From Bacteroidales bacterium (GTDB lineage: Bacteria; Bacteroidota; Bacteroidia; Bacteroidales; WCHB1-69): a DNA stretch of 64,000 bases. The position numbers and the translations under genes are program-made. The stretch is taken from assembly GCA_017633255.1 (NCBI GenBank), contig JAGBPS010000017.1, positions 65,672 through 129,671 on the forward strand, given 5' to 3'. Numbering within the stretch: position 1 is the stretch's first letter; every line of letters starts with the position of its first letter. Positions 29,134 through 38,568 of the stretch are shown piece after piece. The notes beneath the pieces are model-generated. The model saw only the letters and a program-made list of their open reading frames with translations, did not search any database and was not told the origin of the DNA.

Positions 29134-30261
29134 ATGAAAAAAACAACTACAAATAATAGAGCATTTTACATCTGGCAAAAGCCTGAATGGCCGGACTTTG
29201 TATGGGACAATGTGCTAGTAACCCCGATTCTGTCAGCCGTTGAAGGTCGGCAAATGCGATTGGAGGGGATGTTACTGGCATTGGGTATAGACATCCAGCA
29301 GTCAACCGTTCTTGACTCCATGACCGAAGATGTGGTTAGATCGTCGGAAATTGAAGGTGAGTTGCTCAACAGGGATTCCGTAAGATCTTCAATTGCAAGA
29401 CATCTGGGTATTCAGTCAGTGCCATCATCATGGAGCGATCATTATACAGAAGGGGTTGTTCAAGTGCAGGTTGACGCAATGAAAAATTGTGAGCGACCTC
29501 TTACCAAAGAACGTCTTTGTGACTGGCATGCTGCACTTTTCCCTACTGGAAGGAGTGGAATGTACAAAATTACGGTTGCAGATTGGCGACAAGGTGAGGA
29601 ACCAATGTTAGTGGTTTCTGGGGCAATGGGCAAGGAGAAAGTGCATTACGAGGCCCCACCTTCAGAAATTGTTCCTCAAGAGATGGAACTTTTCATGAAC
29701 TGGATTAATGATAGCAAGAGTGGAAACAACTTGTTAAAAGCAGCTGTGGCACATCTATGGTTTGTGGCAATACATCCGTTTGATGATGGGAATGGCAGGA
29801 TAGCTCGCACCATTACCGACATGTTGATTGCGCGTCACAACGGTGCTCGAAGTTTGTATTATAGTATTTCAGCAGAAATTTTGAAAAGCAGAAAGCAGTA
29901 TTACAATTTACTTGAGAAAATTTCATGTGGAAATTTGGATATTACTGAATGGATAGTCTGGTTTTTGAAATGTGCGGATTCAGCAGTGGCGACCTCCGAA
30001 AATCGTTTGGACAATGTCTTACGGAAAATAAAATTCTGGAATTTACATGCAGACCTCCCGCTTAATGAGAGACAGCGCAAAATCATTAATCGTCTGTTTG
30101 ACGGTTTTGAGGGGCCATTGACTAGCAGCAAATGGGCAAAAATATGCTCTTGCTCTCCAGATACCGCCTTGCGTGACATTACAGATTTGATCAACAAAGG
30201 CATCCTCACGAAAGCCCCCTCAGGAGGACGTAGCTCACACTATATGCTGGCGAATTTCTAA
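29134..30261 (+). CDS. Fic family protein (class II, with intramolecular inhibitory helix)
   Basis: The Fic motif is HPFDDGNGRIAR. An N-terminal SSEIEG fits [ST]xxxE[GN]. YIWQKPEWPDF is a DUF4172-like start, and the C-terminal tail is wHTH-like. Confidence 0.85.
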   Translation: MKKTTTNNRAFYIWQKPEWPDFVWDNVLVTPILSAVEGRQMRLEGMLLALGIDIQQSTVLDSMTEDVVRSSEIEGELLNRDSVRSSIARHLGIQSVPSSWSDHYTEGVVQVQVDAMKNCERPLTKERLCDWHAALFPTGRSGMYKITVADWRQGEEPMLVVSGAMGKEKVHYEAPPSEIVPQEMELFMNWINDSKSGNNLLKAAVAHLWFVAIHPFDDGNGRIARTITDMLIARHNGARSLYYSISAEILKSRKQYYNLLEKISCGNLDITEWIVWFLKCADSAVATSENRLDNVLRKIKFWNLHADLPLNERQRKIINRLFDGFEGPLTSSKWAKICSCSPDTALRDITDLINKGILTKAPSGGRSSHYMLANF

Positions 30262-30262
30262 G

Positions 30263-30284
30263 GACAGGGTCTGTCTTTCTTATT
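30263..30284 (+). terminator. Intrinsic terminator of the Fic gene
   Basis: GACAG-GGT-CTGTC is followed by TTTCTTATT immediately after the stop codon. Confidence 0.6.
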
Positions 30285-30578
30285 AAACAAATAGAATTTT
30301 ACCCATAAATTGCCTACTGTCAATGTTTTGTCCTCCCCTCCCGATCTTGGTAATGGTGAATTTTGGTCGGTATGTAAGGGGTGATTTCATGGGACACTTT
30401 TTTTACTACATTATTATTACTACGACATATATAAATCATTGATTTTCTTTTTTGTCATCCTTAATAGCATATACAACAAAAAATGCAGTTGCTATTGAGG
30501 CCAATATACGTTGACCTTAATATCTCTTCACACTTGAGATAAAATTTGTAGGTCTGTGTATAATTCGAGGATTTTGTG

Positions 30579-30586
30579 TAAATTTG
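30579..30586 (+). promoter_or_regulatory. -7 box TAAATTTG
   Basis: Lies upstream of ATG 30623. Confidence 0.5.
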
Positions 30587-30622
30587 CAGTTTATTATACC
30601 TTGGAATAAAAACTGATTGTAT

Positions 30623-31315
30623 ATGAAGATTGTGAATCATAAAATGCTGTTGTTCTTTGTTTTAAGTCTGATTTTGTGTTCGTGTGGTTCTGTGATTACC
30701 TCCGACAAAGTGGAACAGCGTATCATTTTTCCGTCGTATTCTGTTCATTATGACGCCTCCACACAGATTCTGACGGCTACCGTGACTTTTCAAAAGGATA
30801 ACGAATCAGGCGAATATATCAAGTTGTCGGACGACAGTTACATCTTCCTTAACGAGGATGCGTTGAAGCAGATGTCGGACAAGGAGCACTCTTGTTTTTA
30901 TTTTCTGGAGAAAAAAGATATAGAGAAATGTCCTGACAATTTGCAGTTCAATTATGCCAATGATGAAGGGAAAATATTTTCCAATCCAATGATAATTAGA
31001 ACTATACAGATATCAGATGTCAATTTGAACAAAAATCAGGATAATTCCCTTAGCTACAAAGGCACTGCTATTGACGAGGATGAAACCATCACCTTGGTGC
31101 TGAAAAACGACAAACAACAGTATGAGTTGCAACCGGAGGTTAGAGATAATAATTTGCTGTTTGTATCGGCTTCCATGCTGCGTGATGTCAAGGCGGGCAC
31201 ATACGAGGCATATCTCTTGCGCACCACCTATTCCACTTCGGTGAAGGCGATGGACAGAGGCGGCAGCGCGGAAACCGGCTATCATTCGAAATCATATAAA
31301 ATAACCATTCAATAA
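30623..31315 (+). CDS. Hypothetical lipoprotein
   Basis: ATG 30623 gives a signal peptide with an LCSC lipobox-like site. No domain was recognised. Confidence 0.5.
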   Translation: MKIVNHKMLLFFVLSLILCSCGSVITSDKVEQRIIFPSYSVHYDASTQILTATVTFQKDNESGEYIKLSDDSYIFLNEDALKQMSDKEHSCFYFLEKKDIEKCPDNLQFNYANDEGKIFSNPMIIRTIQISDVNLNKNQDNSLSYKGTAIDEDETITLVLKNDKQQYELQPEVRDNNLLFVSASMLRDVKAGTYEAYLLRTTYSTSVKAMDRGGSAETGYHSKSYKITIQ

Positions 31316-31327
31316 AAAACTATACTC

Positions 31328-33082
31328 ATGTTAAGAACACACACTTGTGGTGAGCTGAACGCTACAAATATCAACCAGACCGTGACTTTGTGCGGCTGGA
31401 TTCAGAAAGTACGTAAACTGGGCGGCATGATCTTCATCGACTTGCGCGACCGCTATGGTATTACCCAGTTGGCCTTTAATAACGAGACAAATGCCGCTTT
31501 GTGCCAGCAGGTGGAGAAATTCGGACGCGAATGGGTAATCCGGGTAACAGGCTTGGTGGCAGAACGCTATAGCAAAAACAAAAATATCCCTACGGGCGAT
31601 ATCGAAATCATCGCCTCAGAAGTGGAGGTGCTGAACGAGTCCATGACTCCTCCATTCACTATCGAGGATGAATCTGATGGTGGCGACGAGCTGCGTATGA
31701 AATACCGCTACCTCGACCTGCGCCGTAATCCGGTGAAAAACAACATCCTGTTCCGTCACCGTTTGGCTATCGAAATCCGCAACTACATGAACAATATCGG
31801 CTTTGTGGAAATCGAAACGCCGTTTATGATCAAATCCACTCCGGAAGGAGCTCGCGACTTTGTGGTGCCTTCTCGTATGAACCCCGGCGAGTTTTACGCA
31901 TTGCCACAGTCCCCGCAGACGTTCAAGCAGCTGTTGATGGTGTCGGGTTTCGACCGCTATTTTCAGATTGTGCGTTGCTTCCGCGATGAGGACTTGCGCG
32001 CCGACCGCCAGCCGGAATTTACCCAGATTGACTGCGAGATGTCGTTTGTGGAGCAAGAAGATATTCTTAATACCTTCGAAGGTTTGATTAAGCATATCTT
32101 CAAGAAAATCAAAAATATAGATATTGATCCTATCGAAAGAATGACTTGGGCTGATGCCATGAAATATTACGGTTCCGATAAACCTGATGCCCGTTTCGGC
32201 ATGCGTTTTGTAGAACTGAATGATGTGACCCAGCACAAGGAGTTCAAGATTTTCAACGAGGCTGAATTGGTGGTGGGCATCGTAGCCAAGGGTTGCGCCA
32301 ACTATACCCGCAAGCAGCTGGATGGGCTGGTGGACTTTGTCCGTCGTCCGCAGGTGGGCGCTGGCGGTTTGGTGTATGTGCTTTGCAACCAGGATGGCAC
32401 TTTCAAGTCTTCTGTGGATAAATTCTATGACCAGAACGACCTGAAAGCCATTGCCGCTAAATGCAACGCCGAGGCTGGTGACCTGATTTTGATCATGTCA
32501 GGTCCCCGCATGAAGACCCAAAAACAGCTGTGTGAGCTGCGTCTGGAGATGGGTACCCGTTTGGGACTGCGCAAAGCTGGCGAATACAAACTGCTGTGGG
32601 TTATCGACTTCCCCTTGTTGGAATGGGACGAGGAAACCCAGCGTTTCTATGCGATGCACCATCCGTTCACTGCTCCCAAACCGGAGCATGAGGCCATCCT
32701 CGAAAGCAATCCGGGTGCGGTCAATGCCAATGCCTACGACTTGGTCATCAATGGTACCGAAGTGGGCGGTGGTTCCATCAGAATTCACGATCGACAGCTG
32801 CAAAACCGCATGTTCAAGGTGTTAGGCTTCACCGACGAAGAGGCGCAGAAACAGTTCGGCTTCCTCATGAATGCTTTCCAGTACGGAGCACCCCCACACG
32901 GAGGTCTGGCTTTCGGCTTCGACAGAATGTGCGCTGTGCTGTCTGACTGTGACTCTATCCGTGACTTCATCGCCTTCCCGAAGAACAATTCGGGCCGCGA
33001 TATGATGATTGACGCTCCGTCAACCATTTCCGACGCCCAGTTACAGGAATTATTCATCAGTGTAAATACAAAACAAGAATAA
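31328..33082 (+). CDS. aspS: Aspartate--tRNA ligase
   Basis: The protein starts with [10 protein letters not shown] and carries [18 protein letters not shown] and GGGSIRIH. It is 584 aa long. Confidence 0.95.
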   Translation: MLRTHTCGELNATNINQTVTLCGWIQKVRKLGGMIFIDLRDRYGITQLAFNNETNAALCQQVEKFGREWVIRVTGLVAERYSKNKNIPTGDIEIIASEVEVLNESMTPPFTIEDESDGGDELRMKYRYLDLRRNPVKNNILFRHRLAIEIRNYMNNIGFVEIETPFMIKSTPEGARDFVVPSRMNPGEFYALPQSPQTFKQLLMVSGFDRYFQIVRCFRDEDLRADRQPEFTQIDCEMSFVEQEDILNTFEGLIKHIFKKIKNIDIDPIERMTWADAMKYYGSDKPDARFGMRFVELNDVTQHKEFKIFNEAELVVGIVAKGCANYTRKQLDGLVDFVRRPQVGAGGLVYVLCNQDGTFKSSVDKFYDQNDLKAIAAKCNAEAGDLILIMSGPRMKTQKQLCELRLEMGTRLGLRKAGEYKLLWVIDFPLLEWDEETQRFYAMHHPFTAPKPEHEAILESNPGAVNANAYDLVINGTEVGGGSIRIHDRQLQNRMFKVLGFTDEEAQKQFGFLMNAFQYGAPPHGGLAFGFDRMCAVLSDCDSIRDFIAFPKNNSGRDMMIDAPSTISDAQLQELFISVNTKQE

Positions 33083-33084
33083 AC

Positions 33085-34116
33085 ATGGCTAAAAACGACC
33101 GGCAATTCAACTCGTTCAGTTTGGTTCAATTTATGTGGCAGAAGCGCAAAACGCTGTTTTTGGTGTGTTTGGTGGTGGCCGTTGTGTCGCTGATAGCCTC
33201 TTTTCTGGTAACACCCAAGTTCAAATCGACGGCTATTGTCTATGCCCCGCGCACCAATTCTGTCGCCAAGATTTTGCTCAACGAGGAATCGTATAACGAG
33301 CGTCTGGATATGAAGGCATACGCGGATGACGAGGAGACGGAGCAGATGATGGAGATCCTGAACTCCCGCGAGATAAAGGATATCCTGATTGATAAATTTG
33401 ATCTGTACAATCATTACGGATTGGGCGAAGGAGTATCTTATCGCCAAACCAAAATGTATAAGTACCTGAAAGGAAATATAGAGGTCAAAAGAACCCAATA
33501 CGGAGCCATTGCGGTGAGTGTGATTGACAAAGATCCTCAAGTTGCCGCCGATATGGCCAACGAGATTCTGGTGTTGCTCGATTCTGTGAAAAACCGTATT
33601 GACCATGAAAGAACCATTGCGTCCTACAATTTGCTGAAACGTCAGTTGGAGATTGTGGATGCCGAGGTGCAGCGCATCGACGATTCTGTCCAGGTGCTGA
33701 TGCAGAATGGTGTTTTTGACTTCAAGTCACAGTCCGAGAGGGTGATGCAACAGTATGCCACTGCTGTGGCACAGGGAAATACTGCCGGCATGAAGCGCTT
33801 GGAGGATGAACTGAAGAAGATGGCCACCTGGGGTCCCCGTTCCCTCACTTTATATGAGGAACAGGCTTATTTCAGAGAATATCAGTCGGTGGTCAAAATC
33901 AAAATGATGAACGCTATTGTTGATATGGATACTGAGATTCCGGTCAAGTTCGTGATCGAAAGAGCCATTCCCGCCGATAAGAAAACCTATCCGAAAAAGT
34001 CTCTGATAGTGTTGCTTTCCACCGTGTCAGCTTTCATTCTGGCGGTGCTGGTGCTGTTGACTATCGACAAAATCAGGGAGACTCCTGTTACTGCTGTTCA
34101 ATCCGAGGAGGACTAG
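33085..34116 (+). CDS. Wzz-like polysaccharide chain-length determinant protein
   Basis: It has N- and C-terminal TM helices around a coiled-coil periplasmic region, and a Wzz-type N-terminal pattern. Confidence 0.55.
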   Translation: MAKNDRQFNSFSLVQFMWQKRKTLFLVCLVVAVVSLIASFLVTPKFKSTAIVYAPRTNSVAKILLNEESYNERLDMKAYADDEETEQMMEILNSREIKDILIDKFDLYNHYGLGEGVSYRQTKMYKYLKGNIEVKRTQYGAIAVSVIDKDPQVAADMANEILVLLDSVKNRIDHERTIASYNLLKRQLEIVDAEVQRIDDSVQVLMQNGVFDFKSQSERVMQQYATAVAQGNTAGMKRLEDELKKMATWGPRSLTLYEEQAYFREYQSVVKIKMMNAIVDMDTEIPVKFVIERAIPADKKTYPKKSLIVLLSTVSAFILAVLVLLTIDKIRETPVTAVQSEED

Positions 34117-34123
34117 TCTTTCC

Positions 34124-35560
34124 ATGAATCCTGAGATACGCAAAAAGATTATCCTTTGGAGTTGTATCGGGGTTTTTGCCCTGGTCAACTTCTTGTGTAT
34201 CTGGAAAAAAGAGTTTTTCCTTTTTCCAGCGGTCTCCTTTGTGCTGCTGGTCATATATCTGATGGTGTTCAGGGTGGACTGGCTGATGTACTTCATGGCC
34301 TTTGTCACGCCTTTGTCGATTGTCATCAACGACGAAAGGGTGCAATTGGGCATCTCCCTTCCTTCGGAGTTTATCATGATTGCCCTTACGCTGCTGTTCC
34401 TTTGTCGTATTCTGTATGACTTGAATTTGAATCGCAAACTGGTGCTACATCCTATATCCATAGCGGTTTATGTGTACCTGCTATGGATGTTCATCACCTG
34501 CATTACCAGTGAGCATCCTGTGGTATCTTTCAAGTTCTGGGCCTCCAAAATCTGGTTCATCACTTCCTGCTACTTCATGGTGTTGCAGCTAATCAAGAAC
34601 GATTTGAAAAATGCGGTCACTTTCTTCGACAGTTATATGTTGGGTTTGGTTATAGTGGTGATTTACACTACTATACATCATGCCATAATGGGTTTTACAG
34701 AAGTAGCGGGACACTGGGTGATGACGCCTTTTTACAATGACCATACGGCTTATGGAGCGGTGTTGGCTTTTTTTGCGCCTATTGTGACGGCTTTCTTTTT
34801 TCAGACGGAAGATAAGCGGGAAAAGTGGTTTTATGGCATTTGCGGTCTGATTTTGCTGCTGGGCTTGTTCTTGTCTTACTGCCGTGCCGCATGGATCAGT
34901 ATCATTGTTATGATGGGCGTATGGGTGGTCATGAAGCTGAAAATCAAGTTCTCATGGCTGGTGTTGGCGGGCCTGCTTTTCGGTGCGTTTTTCTTTTTTT
35001 ATGCGGATGATATTGTATACAGAATGGGCAGAAATGACCAGGACACTTCCGGCAATCTGGCGGAGCATATCCAGTCAATGTCCAATATCAGCACCGATGC
35101 GTCGAATGTGGAGCGTCTCAACCGCTGGACAGCCGCTATGGGCATGATCAAGGAACGACCGGTGGTGGGTTGGGGCCCGGGCACCTATCAGTTTGAATAT
35201 GCTCCGTATCAGAAATCCCGCTATCAGACAATTATCTCCACTAACTTCGGAAACGGGGGCAATGCCCACAGCGAATATCTCGGTCCTTGCGCCGAAACCG
35301 GTATCGTGGGACTGCTGACGGTGCTGGCATTATTGGTTACCAGCCTGTATTCGGGTATTCTTGCCTATAGCCGTGCCACTGACCGCTTGCGTCGCAGTCT
35401 GGCGTTGTGTATGACCTTGGCCTTGGTGACCTATTTCATCCACGGCTTTCTCAATAATTTTCTGGATACTGACAAGCTTTCCCTGCCCTTCTGGGCCGCC
35501 TTCGCAGTGATTGCGGTAGTCAGCGAGGGAATTACGGTAAGGAAGGTGGAGAAATGTTAA
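34124..35560 (+). CDS. O-antigen ligase/polymerase-like (Wzy_C) membrane protein
   Basis: It has about 10-12 TM segments with a large loop containing HSEYL, which is typical of O-antigen-ligase-family proteins. Confidence 0.6.
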   Translation: MNPEIRKKIILWSCIGVFALVNFLCIWKKEFFLFPAVSFVLLVIYLMVFRVDWLMYFMAFVTPLSIVINDERVQLGISLPSEFIMIALTLLFLCRILYDLNLNRKLVLHPISIAVYVYLLWMFITCITSEHPVVSFKFWASKIWFITSCYFMVLQLIKNDLKNAVTFFDSYMLGLVIVVIYTTIHHAIMGFTEVAGHWVMTPFYNDHTAYGAVLAFFAPIVTAFFFQTEDKREKWFYGICGLILLLGLFLSYCRAAWISIIVMMGVWVVMKLKIKFSWLVLAGLLFGAFFFFYADDIVYRMGRNDQDTSGNLAEHIQSMSNISTDASNVERLNRWTAAMGMIKERPVVGWGPGTYQFEYAPYQKSRYQTIISTNFGNGGNAHSEYLGPCAETGIVGLLTVLALLVTSLYSGILAYSRATDRLRRSLALCMTLALVTYFIHGFLNNFLDTDKLSLPFWAAFAVIAVVSEGITVRKVEKC

Positions 35561-35562
35561 AT

Positions 35563-35619
35563 GTAGGGCTGTCACATTGTGGCAGCCGGAATATAGAGAC
35601 GCACGGCCGTGCATCTCTA
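35563..35619. repeat. Two extragenic palindromes between convergent genes
   Basis: GTAGGGCTGTCACATTGTGGCAGCC at 35563-35587 is identical to 52071-52095. TAGAGACGCACGG/CCGTGCATCTCTA at 35594-35619 pairs 12/13 and is related to the 15230 palindrome. Confidence 0.85.
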
Positions 35620-35645
35620 CAAGAAAATGCAATAGAAATTAATCG

Positions 35646-36362
35646 TTACAAATCATTAATCACCACGGCGGCAGCGTGACAGCCGAAAACGGCGGGCATG
35701 TAAGAGACGGTGCCGACGGTCGATAATTTGTTGATGTCGGGGTCGGCATCAATCATGATGGCTTCTTCAATGACAGGCTCGGGAGAGAAAACCGCTTTGA
35801 AACCCGTGGTGATGCCTATGCGGTGCAAACGCTTGCGGATGGCGTGTGCCAACCTGCACTGGTGCGTTTTTTTGATGTCGCTGACCTTCACTTGCGAAGG
35901 GTCGATTTTGCCTCCGGCACCCATCACCGATACCAGGCGTAGCTGTCGCTGTAATGCAAAATAAATGAGATATACTTTGGGTGATAAAGAGTCGATGGCA
36001 TCCACTACATAATCAAATTTGGCACTGTCCAACAGCTCGGGTGTGCGCTCGTCACGGATGAACTCATGTACCTGATGCAGCACAATATCTGGATTGATGT
36101 CTTGCAGTCGCTGGGCAATGACCTCCACTTTGGGCCTGCCAAGGGTAGAGTGCAGGGCGGGCAGTTGGCGGTTGAGGTTGGTCAGTTCCACAGTGTCAGC
36201 GTCCACCAGGGTCATCTCGCCGATGCCGGCGCGACAGAGTTGTTCGGCGGCGTAAGCTCCCACTCCGCCCAAACCGACCACCAGCACATGGGATTTTTGC
36301 AGTCGCTCTATTTTTTCTTTGCCATACAGCAGTTCGGTTCTGCTGAGCCAGTTTTTCTCCAT
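35646..36362 (-). CDS. tcdA: tRNA threonylcarbamoyladenosine dehydratase (ThiF family)
   Basis: ATG 36362. The ThiF-type pattern GLGGVGAYAAEQLCRAGIG...LTNLNRQ is present. Confidence 0.8.
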   Translation of the reverse strand: MEKNWLSRTELLYGKEKIERLQKSHVLVVGLGGVGAYAAEQLCRAGIGEMTLVDADTVELTNLNRQLPALHSTLGRPKVEVIAQRLQDINPDIVLHQVHEFIRDERTPELLDSAKFDYVVDAIDSLSPKVYLIYFALQRQLRLVSVMGAGGKIDPSQVKVSDIKKTHQCRLAHAIRKRLHRIGITTGFKAVFSPEPVIEEAIMIDADPDINKLSTVGTVSYMPAVFGCHAAAVVINDL

Positions 36363-36374
36363 TTTCTTCAAAAA

Positions 36375-37877
36375 TTAAAATTGAATTTCCCTGCGCAGAC
36401 GGGCTACGGGCAGTCCTAATTGCTCACGGTATTTGGCCACGGTGCGTCGTGCGATATCGTATCCTTTTTCTTTCAGCAGGGCACATAACTGCTCATCGGG
36501 TAGCGGATTGTTTTTGTCCTCCTGCTCGATGATTTCCGACAGTATCTTTTTGATGGCCTTGGAAGACACGTCCTCGTCGCCGACAGCTTCCGAAAACAGG
36601 TTCTTAATCAGCAGAATACCGAAAGGAGTCTGCACATATTTGCTGCTGGTGACCCTGGAAATGGTGGAAATGTCCAGGTTGACTTTCTCCGCGATATCCT
36701 TCAATACCATGGGTTTGAGGTCGAACTCGTTGCCGGAGAGGAAATACTCTTTCTGCATCATCATGATGGCGTACATGGTATTGTACAGAATCATCTCGCG
36801 CAGCGACAAAAGGTTGATGAAGTTGTTGGCGTTATCCAGATTGTCTTTGAGGAATTTCTCGGCATCTGCCCGCAGTTTTTCATTTTTCTCCTGGCTCAGA
36901 AAACGGTATTCTTTGGTGAAATCCTTGTTGATCTTCACCTTCGGAATGTAGGTGTTGTTGAGCGACAATTCCAGTTGCCCGTCGTGGTTGCTGATGATGA
37001 AGTCAGGCACGATGATGGAAGTGGTCTGCTCTATCAGCGAGTCGTTGTTGGCGGGCCGTGGGTCCAGTTTCCGTATTTCCGTCAAGGCGGATTTCAGTAC
37101 GGCCTCGCTGACACAAAGTTGGCGCATGAATCTCTCGTAGCGTTTGCCAATGAAATCTTCGAAATAGTTGTCAATAATGGCACGGGCGGCGTTTACGGCC
37201 TCACTGTCTTCCTTGTGTCTCAGTTGAATCAGCATGCACTCTCGAAGGTTTCTTGCGCCAACCCCGTAGGGTTCCAATTCCTGAATATAATCCACGATGA
37301 TATGCTCCAGTTCTTCGACGGAGCATTCTATATTGTAGCTGAACAGCAATTCGTTGACCATCGCCTGGTTCTCGCGTTGCAGATAGCCGTCGTCATCCAG
37401 GTTTCCGACAATATATTCGCAGATTTCATACTCCCGATCGGTCATATTCATCTCGCCCAACTGGCGAAGAAGTTGCTCCTGCAAAGAGTGGTCGAAAACA
37501 ATGGTCCGCTCGCGGGTTTCGTCATCAGCACTGCGGTTATTGGCATAGAGGCGGTAATCGGGGATGTCGTTATCCTCTTTTTCTTCTTCTGAAAAGAAAT
37601 CGCTGTCGAAAGGGTCTTCGTCGTGGGTCCGGTCCACTTCCCGGGCTATATCGTCGTTTTCTTCAACATTTTCATTATCTGCGGGATTGTATAAATCGTC
37701 TATATTGTTGTCTTCATGGTCTATTTCTAGGGCGGGGTTGTCGTCCACGGCTTTGCGTATCTCCTCCTCCAAGCCCATGTTGGAAAGCTCGATCATCTTC
37801 ATCAGCTGTACGGTCTGCTGAGAGGCGATCTGTTTCTGCGCAAGTTGCTGCTCTTGTCCTAAATTATGATTTGACAT
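36375..37877 (-). CDS. rpoN: RNA polymerase sigma-54 factor
   Basis: The N-terminus is Gln-rich and is followed by an acidic region. The C-terminal RpoN box is ARRTVAKYREQLG. Confidence 0.9.
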   Translation of the reverse strand: MSNHNLGQEQQLAQKQIASQQTVQLMKMIELSNMGLEEEIRKAVDDNPALEIDHEDNNIDDLYNPADNENVEENDDIAREVDRTHDEDPFDSDFFSEEEKEDNDIPDYRLYANNRSADDETRERTIVFDHSLQEQLLRQLGEMNMTDREYEICEYIVGNLDDDGYLQRENQAMVNELLFSYNIECSVEELEHIIVDYIQELEPYGVGARNLRECMLIQLRHKEDSEAVNAARAIIDNYFEDFIGKRYERFMRQLCVSEAVLKSALTEIRKLDPRPANNDSLIEQTTSIIVPDFIISNHDGQLELSLNNTYIPKVKINKDFTKEYRFLSQEKNEKLRADAEKFLKDNLDNANNFINLLSLREMILYNTMYAIMMMQKEYFLSGNEFDLKPMVLKDIAEKVNLDISTISRVTSSKYVQTPFGILLIKNLFSEAVGDEDVSSKAIKKILSEIIEQEDKNNPLPDEQLCALLKEKGYDIARRTVAKYREQLGLPVARLRREIQF

Positions 37878-37892
37878 TTTTATTAATGAGTT

Positions 37893-38165
37893 TTATTTAA
37901 ATAATTCAGCATGTGATCCAAGTCTCACCAATTCGATGATATTGCTGGAGGGATCAAACCAGATTAGCAGAAAATCTCCTTGTATGTGACATTCCATGCA
38001 TCCATCATATCTGCCATGAAGTGTGTGCGGATTATATTCAGGTGGAATGGGTTGATCATTTGCTAGAATATCAATGACCAATCTAAGTGCTGTCAATTTA
38101 TTTGGCTGATGACGATAACGCTTATAATCCTTCTTATATTGACTAGATGGAAATATTTTTTTCAT
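37893..38165 (-). CDS. yafQ: Type II toxin, YafQ/RelE-fold mRNA interferase
   Basis: The protein is 90 aa long and carries HTLHGRYDGCMECHIQGDFLLIW. Its start overlaps the antitoxin gene stop (ATGA). Confidence 0.75.
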   Translation of the reverse strand: MKKIFPSSQYKKDYKRYRHQPNKLTALRLVIDILANDQPIPPEYNPHTLHGRYDGCMECHIQGDFLLIWFDPSSNIIELVRLGSHAELFK

Positions 38166-38419
38166 TCTTTGTCAAGGGCTTTAAATAGATCTTCAACATT
38201 ATCATATAATCCTTCTGTCGGATATTCTTTTCGATTCATTGCCTCTTCAATAGCGGCTTTGGTCACCTCATTGGGTTCGTCATACACTATGTCAAGAAGA
38301 ACACTCTCCACATAGTTATTCAAAGTCCTGTTTTCTTTTTCCGCTTTGGCTTTAAGGGCGTTTAACAGGTCTATCCTTAGTCTGAAAGAAGTTTGTCTTC
38401 TACGAATAGTAGTTTCCAT
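38162..38419 (-). CDS. Ribbon-helix-helix antitoxin
   Basis: The protein is 85 aa long. The N-terminal TSFRLRIDLLNALKAKAEKENRTLNNYV is RHH-like, and the gene sits directly upstream of the toxin. Confidence 0.65.
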   Translation of the reverse strand: METTIRRRQTSFRLRIDLLNALKAKAEKENRTLNNYVESVLLDIVYDEPNEVTKAAIEEAMNRKEYPTEGLYDNVEDLFKALDKE

Positions 38420-38449
38420 ATTAACTTATTTTTGCGATTAATTGTAGTG

Positions 38450-38457
38450 CAAAAGTA
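38450..38457 (-). promoter_or_regulatory. -7 box TACTTTTG (minus strand)
   Basis: CAAAAGTA on plus strand lies 30 nt from the antitoxin ATG. Confidence 0.55.
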
Positions 38458-38534
38458 ATACAAAAAATGAAATGATGATGATTTTTGCGGAATTTTTTTC
38501 TTTAATAGAAAAACACTAATTCGAATATTTTATG

Positions 38535-38542
38535 TATTTTTG
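38535..38542 (+). promoter_or_regulatory. -7 box TATTTTTG
   Basis: Lies upstream of ATG 38569. Confidence 0.55.
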
Positions 38543-38568
38543 TATTTTTAAAATTGAAAAAAAACAAT

